The notes under the pieces: generated by a model
The model's input: only the letters and a program-made list of their open reading frames with translations
Told to the model about the DNA's origin: nothing
The model's database searches: none
Shown here: positions 15,931 to 25,271 of the stretch, piece by piece
How positions within the stretch are numbered: position 1 is the first letter of the stretch
Layout: each line of letters starts with the position of its first letter
Program-made: the position numbers and the translations under genes
Virus record (IMG/VR): IMGVR_UViG_3300032294_001909
Span: 1-62,170 of that record
Origin: a virus
Taxonomy: Duplodnaviria > Caudoviricetes
Length of the DNA: 62,170 nt
Strand: one strand, 5' to 3'

Positions 15931-16002
15931 TACCCCAAGAAGGATTCAAACCCTCTCTAAAACGTTCGAAGCGTTTCGTGCTATTCTTTACACTATTGGG
16001 GT
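15931..16002 (-). tRNA. tRNA-Arg(TCG)
   Basis: AAACG-CT TCG AA-CGTTT; T-loop TTTGAAT variant. Confidence 0.88.
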
Positions 16003-16003
16003 G

Positions 16004-16282
16004 TTAATTACGCTTGTTTTTTATTTCTTCTCGTAAATCTTGTATAAATCCGTCACGTTGCTCTACTAAATATTTTTCTCTTTCTATCAATCTAAGTCGC
16101 TCTTCGTCTGTCAATTTCAATACTAATTGTTCTTTCTGTTCAATCATTTTTTTGTATTCGTCCAACTGCTTTGAAAATAGCATGTTTTGATAATATAAAA
16201 TACATACCAACAAAATTATGGTAAACGATTGTTCTTTTAGCTTTTCAATAAACGTGTCTGAAATGTGTTTTGTGGCTGCCAT
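16004..16282 (-). CDS. membrane-anchored coiled-coil protein
   Basis: one TM segment then a charged helix. Confidence 0.7.
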   Translation of the reverse strand: MAATKHISDTFIEKLKEQSFTIILLVCILYYQNMLFSKQLDEYKKMIEQKEQLVLKLTDEERLRLIEREKYLVEQRDGFIQDLREEIKNKRN

Positions 16283-16316
16283 GCATGTCTCCCGTGTATG
16301 ACAACACAACCATTTA

Positions 16317-16390
16317 TGGCACCGATTGGATTCGAACCAACGTATTCTCCCTTATGAGAGGAGCGCCTGAGCCTCTCGCGCCACGATGCC
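16317..16390 (-). tRNA. tRNA with CAT anticodon (Met or Ile2)
   Basis: CTCCT-CT CAT AA-GGGAG; GTTCGAATC. Confidence 0.9.
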
Positions 16391-16391
16391 G

Positions 16392-16712
16392 TTACATCAA
16401 TTTACCGGTATTTTTCTCTACGCGGATTGCTTTGTCGTCAAACAAAGCAACCATATACATGTCTTTTTTATTAGTGATTTCTAACTCTTGGCCTATATGT
16501 GTTTTACACCATTTTTTAATAATAGAAATGGTTTTTTCATCCGCGTCGGCTGCACGAGCAGTCATAATCTTAACAATTTTACCAGATGCTAACAATTTCT
16601 TAACCTTATCAACCATAGGTTGAATGGGTTCACCTATGTGATGAGTACCTTTCCAACCATCTATTTTAGCTAACGTTCCGTCTAAATCAACTCCTATCCA
16701 CTGTTTTTTCAT
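16392..16712 (-). CDS. HAD-superfamily phosphatase-like protein
   Basis: IGVDLDGTLA, TAR and FDDKA motifs. Confidence 0.8.
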   Translation of the reverse strand: MKKQWIGVDLDGTLAKIDGWKGTHHIGEPIQPMVDKVKKLLASGKIVKIMTARAADADEKTISIIKKWCKTHIGQELEITNKKDMYMVALFDDKAIRVEKNTGKLM

Positions 16713-16770
16713 ATAAGTCTCTATAAAAATACTGTAACGCGGAGAGTAAAACCCACTTCTTCTATAACTA

Positions 16771-17031
16771 TCAAGGAGCAGTATTAGTTACTTCTTGATA
16801 TAGCGTTTCAAATTCTTCGTTAAGCTGAATTTCTTCGGAGAAATTTTGCTTATGATATGTCTTTGCTAGCTTAGTAAAAAGCTTCTTATTTAAATCCAGT
16901 TCTTTGCAAATGTCATCCTTGATGTTTTTTTGCAAGTCTCGCTCCGCTTCTACTCTAGTCAGTGAGGTGCTAAAATCCTTTAGCGCCCCCATCAATTTTA
17001 TTTTATCATTTGGTCCCATCGTAATATTCAT
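16771..17031 (-). CDS. T4 DsbA-like dsDNA-binding protein
   Basis: RVEAERDL...KLAKTYHKQNF; GAGG RBS before ATG 17031. Confidence 0.6.
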   Translation of the reverse strand: MNITMGPNDKIKLMGALKDFSTSLTRVEAERDLQKNIKDDICKELDLNKKLFTKLAKTYHKQNFSEEIQLNEEFETLYQEVTNTAP

Positions 17032-17038
17032 AATAACC

Positions 17039-17401
17039 TCATTTGTTTGCAAAAGTTGTTCTCCACCCAACCGGCAATACGCAATTGTCGGGTGCATTTT
17101 TAAATAGTGGTGCAATCTCTTCGTCTTCGTAACCAGCAAACCCACATCCAATTCGCGTGACGTTAAATTTCATATCTGGGTTTAATTTGGCAAACTTGAT
17201 AAACGCTTGTACATACTGTGCAACTTTGTTAATAGGCAAAGATTTTAAGTTGTCATCTTTTGTTGGAATTGCGTAACTACTTCCCTGCAATCCCATTCCT
17301 TGTCCATAAATCGCACCGTGTTCACGGAACGCTGTTAATGCCGCTCCTTTTCCATGCCGTCCTGCTAAATTACTACCAAAAACAAATATACTATTTTTCA
17401 T
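17039..17401 (-). CDS. A1S_2505-like phage protein
   Basis: IFVFGSNLAGRHGKGAA, YAIPT and TRIGCG motifs. Confidence 0.75.
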   Translation of the reverse strand: MKNSIFVFGSNLAGRHGKGAALTAFREHGAIYGQGMGLQGSSYAIPTKDDNLKSLPINKVAQYVQAFIKFAKLNPDMKFNVTRIGCGFAGYEDEEIAPLFKNAPDNCVLPVGWRTTFANK

Positions 17402-17403
17402 AA

Positions 17404-17742
17404 TTATCTTACCATATGCACCATTACATTATGTTCATTTGCGTACGCTTCTTGTTCCATTGGAATATTTCTCTTTACAAACTTTGCTTTTATTGCTTGC
17501 AGCGCATACGTAGGTAAATATTTCCATCCTAACTTTCGTGCTTGTAATACGTGGATTGCTTCATGACCAATGATATTTGGTAAGTATACTAATACAAATT
17601 CCAAGCGATATTTTAGGAATACATGATTGGCACTTAAAGTAATACCCGCTGTTTTGTATAGCAACGTCAACCATCGCGCGTGGTCGTATAAATTAAACTC
17701 AAAGGTTTCGTCATTGTATGTTGCTCGAATTCTATATTTCAT
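17404..17742 (-). CDS. small HExxH protein (DUF4157-like)
   Basis: HEAIHVLQ...MEQEAY. Confidence 0.6.
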   Translation of the reverse strand: MKYRIRATYNDETFEFNLYDHARWLTLLYKTAGITLSANHVFLKYRLEFVLVYLPNIIGHEAIHVLQARKLGWKYLPTYALQAIKAKFVKRNIPMEQEAYANEHNVMVHMVR

Positions 17743-17743
17743 A

Positions 17744-18238
17744 TCAAGTCCATAGTCCGCTGTAATATTTTCCAAATAGACGAAACCCATTTTCCATTCT
17801 GTCGGCATACGCCTTGATGCCCGCCGCGTCACACCCAAGTATTGGGTTTATATCGCCGTCTGTTGATTCTGGAGGGGTGTTCCAAAACTGATCTTCCCAA
17901 TCCGTAAGTTTACTTTCAAATGCAAAAATCATTTCACCAAGTACCCACTCCCACCGCTTAAAATGATTATCATCGGGTTCCCATTCTTCAAGTCGAAGAC
18001 GGGGAAACGCTTCCCAGTCTTCAACTTTAGGTGCTGAAAACCTGCGAAGGTTTTCCGGTACATCTTCATCTACTACATAAGGCGCTCCATTCTTATCGTT
18101 TTGTAGTTGCTTAAGCATAGGAACAATAATAAGAGCCAGCGTAGTATCCATGTTCCACGTATCCCACGGATCAATTTGAATGGATACCTTACGTTCTTTA
18201 TTTGGATTCTTAGGATATTTTCCGATATAAACTTTCAT
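17744..18238 (-). CDS. hypothetical phage protein
   Basis: GAGGAGG RBS; Trp-rich. Confidence 0.8.
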   Translation of the reverse strand: MKVYIGKYPKNPNKERKVSIQIDPWDTWNMDTTLALIIVPMLKQLQNDKNGAPYVVDEDVPENLRRFSAPKVEDWEAFPRLRLEEWEPDDNHFKRWEWVLGEMIFAFESKLTDWEDQFWNTPPESTDGDINPILGCDAAGIKAYADRMENGFRLFGKYYSGLWT

Positions 18239-18455
18239 ATACCTCCTCAAGTATACTCCCCCAATCTAAACTCAGTTTTCCAAATTTTTCTTGATACAAA
18301 TTAATCATTTCTGCTTCTTTATCAATCCCATAATAGAAATTTTCTATGGGATTTTCTTCATCAATTTTTACCAAAAAAGAAAGCTCTTCTTCAGTCAATT
18401 TTCTTTTTCTGAAAGCTTCAATATCTTGAACAGCAAGATCTAACTGATGTGACAT
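18210..18455 (-). CDS. hypothetical protein
   Basis: 81-aa ORF. Confidence 0.65.
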   Translation of the reverse strand: MSHQLDLAVQDIEAFRKRKLTEEELSFLVKIDEENPIENFYYGIDKEAEMINLYQEKFGKLSLDWGSILEEVYESLYRKIS

Positions 18456-18562
18456 AATTAGTCATGGCTCCTGTTGGTCTAAATGTTTAATTACATATAT
18501 CATGCCACATGCTACCACAGAACACAATACTAAAAATATAACAATAGCTTCTAGCATATGAT

Positions 18563-18838
18563 TCACATCCACCTATAAATTCCTATCAGATCAATCAATA
18601 TCCAAACTCCATTAACTATCATCATGGGATAATCATGCTTTTCATAGAACGAATGTAACATACCACCATGCCCAAAGAAAAACAAGACATAGGGAATAAA
18701 TAATGGAACGGGTAGTTTACCCGCCAATATAATACCACCAAGAATCAATAGTATTACTGCCCACCATTTACGTTTTACTATTTTATGTTCTTGCGTTTCT
18801 GATAATATTTTTGGTTTTGCGTATAAAATGTCTTTCAT
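18563..18838 (-). CDS. small membrane protein
   Basis: three hydrophobic segments. Confidence 0.7.
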   Translation of the reverse strand: MKDILYAKPKILSETQEHKIVKRKWWAVILLILGGIILAGKLPVPLFIPYVLFFFGHGGMLHSFYEKHDYPMMIVNGVWILIDLIGIYRWM

Positions 18839-18858
18839 ATAACTTACAGTAGAAGTAG

Positions 18859-18930
18859 CTCTCCGGGAGAATTACGATATCTCGACCCTCGGTTTAACAG
18901 ACCGATGCTCTGCCTCTGAGCTACCGGAGA
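18859..18930 (-). tRNA. tRNA-Asn(GTT)
   Basis: TCGGT-CT GTT AA-ACCGA; variant T-loop ATCGTAA. Confidence 0.9.
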
Positions 18931-19091
18931 ATATGTGTAGTTGGTTATTCAAGTTCACACCACACAGTGAACGTTAGAGGACCATCCAGTTTCGTTGATA
19001 ACCTACAACGTCTATGATTTATTAGAAGGGGAGCCATAGATGCTACTTCGGTTCCGCACCGCCGGGTACCGCCCCATTCGGTCTTATAGTT

Positions 19092-19412
19092 TCATGATTC
19101 CTCGTCGTCCCATGATGACCAGAAAAGCTCATATGAGTTCCCCAGATATACATAAACAGGACCAGTATTATCTTTATCAAATCCGGAATAATATTCAATG
19201 TTTAAATCGGATTTAGTGCACATATCACGAGGAATCGTTCTTAGAATCAGCGGGTTGCACATTTTCGGGGCGAATCCCAACTTTAACTTTAACATTTTAG
19301 TCGTATCTACTACGGAAAAGTAGTCATCCCCCGCCATACATATGGGTCGTACCCAACTTTCTGTCGCTGGAAATATTATTTGTCCTAGATGTTGCATTTC
19401 ATTACTCGTCAT
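19092..19412 (-). CDS. hypothetical protein
   Basis: 106 aa, GGAG RBS. Confidence 0.7.
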   Translation of the reverse strand: MTSNEMQHLGQIIFPATESWVRPICMAGDDYFSVVDTTKMLKLKLGFAPKMCNPLILRTIPRDMCTKSDLNIEYYSGFDKDNTGPVYVYLGNSYELFWSSWDDEES

Positions 19413-19436
19413 AACATTTGCTCCACATAAAAATCA

Positions 19437-19519
19437 AGGGCGAGATCGGATTCGAACCGATGACGGAATACTCCGAAGGTTTTGCAGACCTCTGCCTTTA
19501 GCCACTCAGCCACTCACCC
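19437..19519 (-). tRNA. tRNA-Cys(GCA) with a long variable arm
   Basis: GAGGT-CT GCA AA-ACCTT; variable hairpin CGGA-GTAT-TCCG; U discriminator. Confidence 0.9.
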
Positions 19520-19522
19520 GAA

Positions 19523-19882
19523 TTACGAACCAAGAGAATGGCGAACAGGTCTACCATTCTCATTTACTGCCACGAAAACCATTTCATCAATATTAACGAT
19601 AACCTTTTGTGTTGTCAAGTCTCTAACTTGAACATCCAACGTTACTGATGTTTTTCCTACTTTTTTTAGAGCTACCCCGATTTCAATAACATCTCCCTGA
19701 AATGCTGGAGCAATGAAGTTGATAGCAGAGATGCTTTTCGTTACAACTCTACGATGCTTCATCTCTATCCCGGCAAAAATTGCCGCTTCTTCGTCGATCC
19801 ACTGTAATACTCTGCCACCAAAAAGAGTGTTGCTGGCGTTTAAATCTGTAGGTTGTACTAACTTTCTTGTAAGAAATCTCAT
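19523..19882 (-). CDS. hotdog-fold acyl-CoA thioesterase
   Basis: DLNASNTLFGG..LQWIDE, VGKTS and FVAVNENGRP motifs. Confidence 0.88.
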   Translation of the reverse strand: MRFLTRKLVQPTDLNASNTLFGGRVLQWIDEEAAIFAGIEMKHRRVVTKSISAINFIAPAFQGDVIEIGVALKKVGKTSVTLDVQVRDLTTQKVIVNIDEMVFVAVNENGRPVRHSLGS

Positions 19883-19889
19883 ATGTAAC

Positions 19890-20375
19890 TTATTTTTGTT
19901 TGGGTTTTTGTTTTTCAAATCTGGTTAAAAACTTTTCAAATACTAAATCTAGATCCCGATAACCATCTTCCGACAATTTAGATTGTAATATTTGCCCCGT
20001 CAAGCCCCCTAAAATCTTTTCTAAATTAGTAACCAGCCCTTCTTCAAGTCTCTGGGTAACCTTTAACTTTTCTTTGTCATTCTTACACAAGTCTTCGGTC
20101 CATTCTACGATAGGCCAAGCCAAGCAATGACACATCTCATGTATAGCGGTACAAATGACATCATAGTCGTTTAAGTTAACTAAATTCTTGATGTATAATC
20201 GTATTATTGCTTGCTTGTACTCCGGGCGAGCTTCACATGTAGCTAGCTGCTTTGTTCCAGCCTTTCTGGAGTATTTAACTACTATAGTCCAATCGTTCAA
20301 GTTTAACAAAGGCTGAAGAATTTCTATGGTCTTAGAAAATAAGACTTTCTTAGAAATTCTTTTTTTCTCTACCAT
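19890..20375 (-). CDS. hypothetical HExxH protein
   Basis: IHEMCH. Confidence 0.65.
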   Translation of the reverse strand: MVEKKRISKKVLFSKTIEILQPLLNLNDWTIVVKYSRKAGTKQLATCEARPEYKQAIIRLYIKNLVNLNDYDVICTAIHEMCHCLAWPIVEWTEDLCKNDKEKLKVTQRLEEGLVTNLEKILGGLTGQILQSKLSEDGYRDLDLVFEKFLTRFEKQKPKQK

Positions 20376-20395
20376 AGACTTCTCCGCTTAAGTAA

Positions 20396-20469
20396 TGCAT
20401 TCGGTGAGATTCGAACTCACACTGTACAGATCCTAAGTCTGTCGCCTCCTGCCGTTGGGCTACGAATGC
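20396..20469 (-). tRNA. tRNA-Leu(TAG) with a short variable loop
   Basis: ACAGA-CT TAG GA-TCTGT; 5-nt variable loop. Confidence 0.9.
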
Positions 20470-20472
20470 GTT

Positions 20473-20664
20473 TTATAACGCTTTAATACTATCCAGCGCG
20501 TTTTCTATCTTTTTTTTACCTTCTTCTCTACAATAAGTATACACATCTATAAGAGACGTTTCAAGTTTCCACGCTCTGATAAATAACGTTTTAGCGTTTT
20601 TACGTTCTTTACGTAAGTTTACGTAAAGATATATATTTAAGAGTATTGATAAAAGTAATAACAT
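20473..20664 (-). CDS. small membrane-anchored protein
   Basis: 63-aa ORF. Confidence 0.5.
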   Translation of the reverse strand: MLLLLSILLNIYLYVNLRKERKNAKTLFIRAWKLETSLIDVYTYCREEGKKKIENALDSIKAL

Positions 20665-20674
20665 ACGTTTATAA

Positions 20675-20705
20675 CGTTTTGGCGTTTTGGCGTTTTGGCG
20701 TTTTT
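20675..20705. repeat. CGTTTTGG tandem repeat (~3.8 copies)
   Basis: direct reading. Confidence 0.85.
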
Positions 20706-20726
20706 AACGTTTAGACCGCTTTTACA

Positions 20727-20787
20727 AGTATAGCCTGAAAAAAACGTTTGTCAAGCCCCTTGACAAAAATAATTTTAAGAGTATACT
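20727..20787. promoter_or_regulatory. back-to-back divergent sigma70 promoters
   Basis: TTGACA-16-TATACT on both strands at the strand-switch point. Confidence 0.8.
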
Positions 20788-20815
20788 TATCACAACCCTT
20801 AATTTGGAGTACTAT

Positions 20816-21040
20816 ATGGAACCTCTTAATAAGTATGAAGTATATGTTAAATTTACCGTGCTGGGCGATTCTGAAGAAGATGCTGTCGAATATCTAAGCG
20901 ATGCAATCGACTCATCGGATATTATTTTACAAGATGGTATGATTGGAGTCGAGATCCTAGAAGATACCGTGTCAACCCTTGACGATGAGGATGATGTTGA
21001 GTATACTGTTGAATCGGATGAAGATGATTCCGATGAATAA
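20816..21040 (+). CDS. acidic hypothetical protein
   Basis: GGAG RBS; D/E-rich. Confidence 0.75.
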   Translation: MEPLNKYEVYVKFTVLGDSEEDAVEYLSDAIDSSDIILQDGMIGVEILEDTVSTLDDEDDVEYTVESDEDDSDE

Positions 21041-21055
21041 CACTAACAGTGGAGA

Positions 21056-21331
21056 ATGGTTATGCTAGTTAATCTAGTTAACAAACTAAAAAGTTTTAGC
21101 TTTGAGGCGTTTTGGGACGCGATTTTTATCTTGGGCGGTACCGCTATGATCATGTATTTTATAGTACAATTTGACACTGAACGCAGTTTATCCGCTCAAA
21201 AGGCAAATACTGCGAGGATGAATGTTATTTGCCCTTCGCTTCTTAGTATTGGTAGATCTTCCAGAGACACGTTAATTGTCATGAAGGCAGAGCCTCTCTG
21301 CAATACTTTTGTGATGGAAAATCTAAAGTAA
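21056..21331 (+). CDS. hypothetical membrane protein
   Basis: one TM segment. Confidence 0.7.
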   Translation: MVMLVNLVNKLKSFSFEAFWDAIFILGGTAMIMYFIVQFDTERSLSAQKANTARMNVICPSLLSIGRSSRDTLIVMKAEPLCNTFVMENLK

Positions 21332-21398
21332 GATATTTATAGTTGTACCTAAAGTGGTACCAATAAAGGTTTTATCTTAACTTTTATTGGAGAAAACT

Positions 21399-21764
21399 AT
21401 GGTGGTATTCGCGGCAAACCCTCTTGTTTCTGAAATAGGTTCCGCTGTTTATGGAGCTATTGGAGCATTGTTGGTTGCGGCTGCGATCAAGATGATCCAA
21501 AAATTTCTAGATAGAGACAAAGAAAAGTTTAAAGAAAACTTTCTTCTTAGAAAAGAATTACGGGAAGAACTTGCAGAAGTTAAAAAAGAATTATATGCAT
21601 TACAGGAAGAAATCGACGAGTGGAAGCAGAAATACTACGCTCAAGTAGAGCTAACTAATAGTTTGAAACTTGATGTGCTAAAGCTTACGGAAGAACTTGA
21701 AGAGTACAAAAAAAATACCGGTAATTACACAACGTTACCGGACATAGCTCCTAGAGCAGATTAA
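21399..21764 (+). CDS. TM plus coiled-coil protein
   Basis: GGAG RBS. Confidence 0.75.
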   Translation: MVVFAANPLVSEIGSAVYGAIGALLVAAAIKMIQKFLDRDKEKFKENFLLRKELREELAEVKKELYALQEEIDEWKQKYYAQVELTNSLKLDVLKLTEELEEYKKNTGNYTTLPDIAPRAD

Positions 21765-21785
21765 TAATATTTAATAAGAGGTTAT

Positions 21786-22247
21786 ATGGACATTTTTCAA
21801 GTATTTGTGGTTATCATCGGCGTGGTTAGTGTAATAAATTTGTTTGTATTATTGCTATTAGTATTTAAGCTTCTGCCAGAAATGGCATCGGCTAAATTCG
21901 CAATAATGACGCAAGTAAGTAACGCTAACCTGTTAACGGCTGGGAAGCTGAATACGATTGAAGTGTTGTTGGTAAAGTTGAGCAATAGCTTTAATGAATT
22001 TGTGAACATGACCGGAAGCGTGGTAGATAAAATGGATGATATGTTTAAATTTCCACCGGCCATGCAAATGTTTAGAACTATGGATGGAAAATTTACGGCG
22101 CGATCATTAGACGAGTTAGTTGATAAGATTAAAAAGGCAAATAAAGAAAGTGATTATTTGTCTGAAGAAGAGCTTAAGAAACTGAAAGAAATGTTTGAGC
22201 AGTCCGAAGATTCGGACGACGATGGTGACGACGACGACGAGGAATAA
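21786..22247 (+). CDS. hypothetical membrane-anchored protein
   Basis: N-terminal TM, acidic tail. Confidence 0.75.
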   Translation: MDIFQVFVVIIGVVSVINLFVLLLLVFKLLPEMASAKFAIMTQVSNANLLTAGKLNTIEVLLVKLSNSFNEFVNMTGSVVDKMDDMFKFPPAMQMFRTMDGKFTARSLDELVDKIKKANKESDYLSEEELKKLKEMFEQSEDSDDDGDDDDEE

Positions 22248-22606
22248 TGATTTTTGACAATATGAGAGATGGTTGGAGAAACGCATTTCAGCCCAAATTT
22301 GATATCTTATATAAATATTTTCCAGACATAACTGTAGAAAGCTCAGTAAAATATAGAGGAATGTTACGAGTCAAACTTAAAGCACTTGACAGCGATGTGC
22401 AGTTCATATTAGATTCAGTGACGTACTTGATAGAGCGTCAGTCAGCAAAAACATGCGAAGTATGTGGTACACATACGGCAATTAGAATTTTGCATGATTA
22501 CCGGTTGCCTGAAGTAATGTGCCTATGTTGGAAATGTTATGCCTTTGAAATAAGTTCATTGGACGATCATAACAGATTGAACAAAATAGAAAGAGAGAGT
22601 GCATGA
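22247..22606 (+). CDS. hypothetical protein with CxxC pairs
   Basis: TCEVCG...CWKC. Confidence 0.75.
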   Translation: MIFDNMRDGWRNAFQPKFDILYKYFPDITVESSVKYRGMLRVKLKALDSDVQFILDSVTYLIERQSAKTCEVCGTHTAIRILHDYRLPEVMCLCWKCYAFEISSLDDHNRLNKIERESA

Positions 22607-22860
22607 TGTTTTGGACCGAAGAAGATATTCAACCAGTTGTAGATGCGGCAGTTAAGATGTTTGGCTCACAGGGGATGTATTATTATTACCCAAGCAACGT
22701 TTGTATGCTTACCGTCTCCTCCCCAAAATTTGGAAAAATTTGGCACGGAGAAGTAGAAAAGACCCAACAGCAAGCTACTGACATGGTAAAAGCCTTGTCA
22801 CAAGCAACTAATGAGCCTCTACTGTGTGAAGTATCAGAAATAATTCGAACTGCCTCTTGA
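22603..22860 (+). CDS. hypothetical protein
   Basis: 85 aa, overlapping start. Confidence 0.7.
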   Translation: MMFWTEEDIQPVVDAAVKMFGSQGMYYYYPSNVCMLTVSSPKFGKIWHGEVEKTQQQATDMVKALSQATNEPLLCEVSEIIRTAS

Positions 22861-22886
22861 CAAATAAAGTCAACCCTGTTACATTA
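22858..22886 (+). promoter_or_regulatory. sigma70-like promoter
   Basis: TTGACA-17-TACATT. Confidence 0.7.
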
Positions 22887-22961
22887 TATAGGTCGCGGAT
22901 GAGTAAGGCATGTGCGACTAATATCTAATTCCTTACAAAACCATTTAAATAAAGAGGTTAT

Positions 22962-23249
22962 ATGTCAAGTACCAATCGTAGAACCAACGTTGATGGAGCA
23001 GAATTTTCACGTTTAGTTAGCGGAATGCGTTCTTATTTGAACCGACTCGCTCGCGGTCGGACTTCAGGAACCGTATCAGCAGATGACGCTCATACCTTCC
23101 TTGATCGCAATGGTGTGAGTGAGTCCCCTCGGGTGCGGCTGCGCTTTATCAATAGCGTACTTCGTACTCCACAATATTCATACGCTGGTGTGACGACTTC
23201 AACTCGTCCAGTAGCAAAGGGCCGCACGATCAATCTCTGGACTCGTTAA
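22962..23249 (+). CDS. basic hypothetical protein
   Basis: GAGG RBS; followed by an inverted repeat at 23304-23342. Confidence 0.75.
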   Translation: MSSTNRRTNVDGAEFSRLVSGMRSYLNRLARGRTSGTVSADDAHTFLDRNGVSESPRVRLRFINSVLRTPQYSYAGVTTSTRPVAKGRTINLWTR

Positions 23250-23360
23250 TCCAGACAAAACTCTCCAAGTAATTTAAGTTTTACAAAAAACTTGATATAC
23301 TTATCAAAATAGAAACGGGATTATCTCTCGTTTCTATTTTGACTTTATACCGAGAATTGA

Positions 23361-23828
23361 ATGAATGCAATTGAAGAAGAAATTAAAGACATCCGTTACA
23401 TATTATCGGTGTCTATACCAGAAGAATTAAACGCTGCATTAGAATTTGGAGATGCGGACGACAATTCAGAGTTATCTGAAATCTTGAGTAGACAATATTA
23501 TCTTAGCGTTAGGTTAAATCAACTTATCAATCGACTCGAAGAAGCGGAAGTCGTAGATTGCTCTAAATTACCAACTGATAGAGTGCATCTTGGATCTAGA
23601 GTAACTGTACAAAACGCAACCACGGGTGAAATACTAAAATTTTTCATAACAAAAACCGTAGAATCATTTGATGATGTTCCGTATCAAGAATACCTAGTAG
23701 TTACTGCGAAGTCGCCTATTGGAAAGGCGATACTAAATAAAAAGACATCCGATCAGGTACATGTTAAACTACCCTCTGCATCAGTAACGTTTATTATACT
23801 AGATTTTTTGACCGTACACGACACTTGA
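23361..23828 (+). CDS. greA: GreA/GreB-family transcription elongation factor
   Basis: GDADDNSE tip loop, GSRVTV and SPIGKAIL motifs. Confidence 0.8.
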   Translation: MNAIEEEIKDIRYILSVSIPEELNAALEFGDADDNSELSEILSRQYYLSVRLNQLINRLEEAEVVDCSKLPTDRVHLGSRVTVQNATTGEILKFFITKTVESFDDVPYQEYLVVTAKSPIGKAILNKKTSDQVHVKLPSASVTFIILDFLTVHDT

Positions 23829-23873
23829 CTTTTCAAATCCTAATACTTATATTAAAGAAACTGTACAGGGGGA

Positions 23874-24104
23874 TTGATGCAACGAATACATAACCAATCA
23901 TCTGATAAGCAACATTTGATAGTTGATCTTGGTCCATTTACCACGCTACTACTGTGTGAAATAATTTTAATACTATTGAAGTTGACACATCATATTAATT
24001 TTCCTTGGACGTTGGTACTTTCGCCAATATTATTGGTTATACTAGGATCTATTTTGATAATTTTACGTGCGTTGTTTAACCTATTACGCAAAACTTTTTT
24101 TTAG
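23874..24104 (+). CDS. small membrane protein
   Basis: LKLT..I..PW..VLSP. Confidence 0.65.
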   Translation: MMQRIHNQSSDKQHLIVDLGPFTTLLLCEIILILLKLTHHINFPWTLVLSPILLVILGSILIILRALFNLLRKTFF

Positions 24105-24113
24105 GAGAATTTT

Positions 24114-24302
24114 ATGGAAACTGCGTTAATTGTATTAGTATTAGGAGCATTTGTTTTCTTGTTTTATAAGTCACACACTCGCAAGAACACACAAACCCCT
24201 ACTACATTTAATGGTGGCGGTGGCGGTGGTGATACTGGCGAAGGTGATCGTACTAGACCAGATGGAGTTGGTGAAACACAACGCCCTTCCAATCAAGCAT
24301 AA
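24114..24302 (+). CDS. small membrane-anchored protein
   Basis: AGGAG RBS. Confidence 0.65.
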   Translation: METALIVLVLGAFVFLFYKSHTRKNTQTPTTFNGGGGGGDTGEGDRTRPDGVGETQRPSNQA

Positions 24303-24311
24303 GTAACACAC

Positions 24312-24650
24312 GGGCACGACCGGCTTCGACGGGGTGTGGATGATTAAGCTTTGTGTCTCGTTTGGTAAGACGAGTAAAACAGACCAAAAAATCTAACTGG
24401 CAACTATAATCTAGCCCTCGCTGCTTAATTGCGGCCTGACGAAGTAATCTGACCCACGTAGGGTTACTTTGTTCAATTACGTGGTATAGTCTTAGCACAC
24501 GGGACGTAACTAAGATGATACACAACGCTTCCCTTTGACCGCCTTGTGTTTGTTTGTTGTCAATAGGCGCCAAGAATATACAACAAACTACACACATAAA
24601 TCCTTAATAGGAAGCAATCTCGGACAGGGGTTCGATTCCCCTCGTGTCCA
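24312..24650 (+). ncRNA. ssrA: tmRNA, tag (A)GNYNLALAA
   Basis: GGGCACG/CGTGTCC acceptor with G3:U, TTCGACGGGG 5' motif, T-arm, tag ORF at 24399-24428. Confidence 0.93.
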
Positions 24651-24682
24651 CTTAACATGGTTGACGTTTTATAACTAATTAC

Positions 24683-24949
24683 ATGGAGAGCGGTATGTAT
24701 AATTTTATAATGCGTCATATAAAAAGATTATTGTACAATCCAGCAAAATATGATTTGTATTATAACATAATTATTAAAGAATTGCACAAGCCTATTACAC
24801 TGTCTCAGTTGTATTATACTAGCGGATTAATCAATGATCTAGATAAACAAATAAAAAAAGATGGATACGAAAACGAGCTAAAATATAAAATTCAAGAACT
24901 TGACAAATTATGGTTAGTTCGGCTAAAACTATGGAAGCGTAGGAATTAA
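24683..24949 (+). CDS. hypothetical protein
   Basis: ORF. Confidence 0.6.
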   Translation: MESGMYNFIMRHIKRLLYNPAKYDLYYNIIIKELHKPITLSQLYYTSGLINDLDKQIKKDGYENELKYKIQELDKLWLVRLKLWKRRN

Positions 24950-24950
24950 T

Positions 24951-25271
24951 ATGAAAAGAAAAAAAAGTAAAGTTACCGGAACTTCCGTATTAAGTATAAA
25001 AATAGGCAGACAATACATACCTTGTTCAGAGTGTGGTATGGATGAACTTGAAGTTCCAACTGACGTTTCTAAAGTTATTTGTTCTCGGTGTGTACAAAAA
25101 ATGTCTGCGCCACCGGAAAAAGCACCAGAAAAGTCGGACAAGCCAAAAGGATGGCATTTAAAAATATATTTTGAGCATAACGGAAACGTTTATTCTCGGG
25201 GCAAACTAATAACAGATTCCGCTGAAATTAAAAAATTAAAAGTACAACGTTTAGAGGAAACTAAATGCTAG
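24951..25271 (+). CDS. zinc-ribbon hypothetical protein
   Basis: CSEC...CSRC, KPKGWH. Confidence 0.7.
   Translation: MKRKKSKVTGTSVLSIKIGRQYIPCSECGMDELEVPTDVSKVICSRCVQKMSAPPEKAPEKSDKPKGWHLKIYFEHNGNVYSRGKLITDSAEIKKLKVQRLEETKC

Noticed and set aside
24253-24597. Minus-strand 114-aa ORF
   Set aside because: Antisense to the tmRNA
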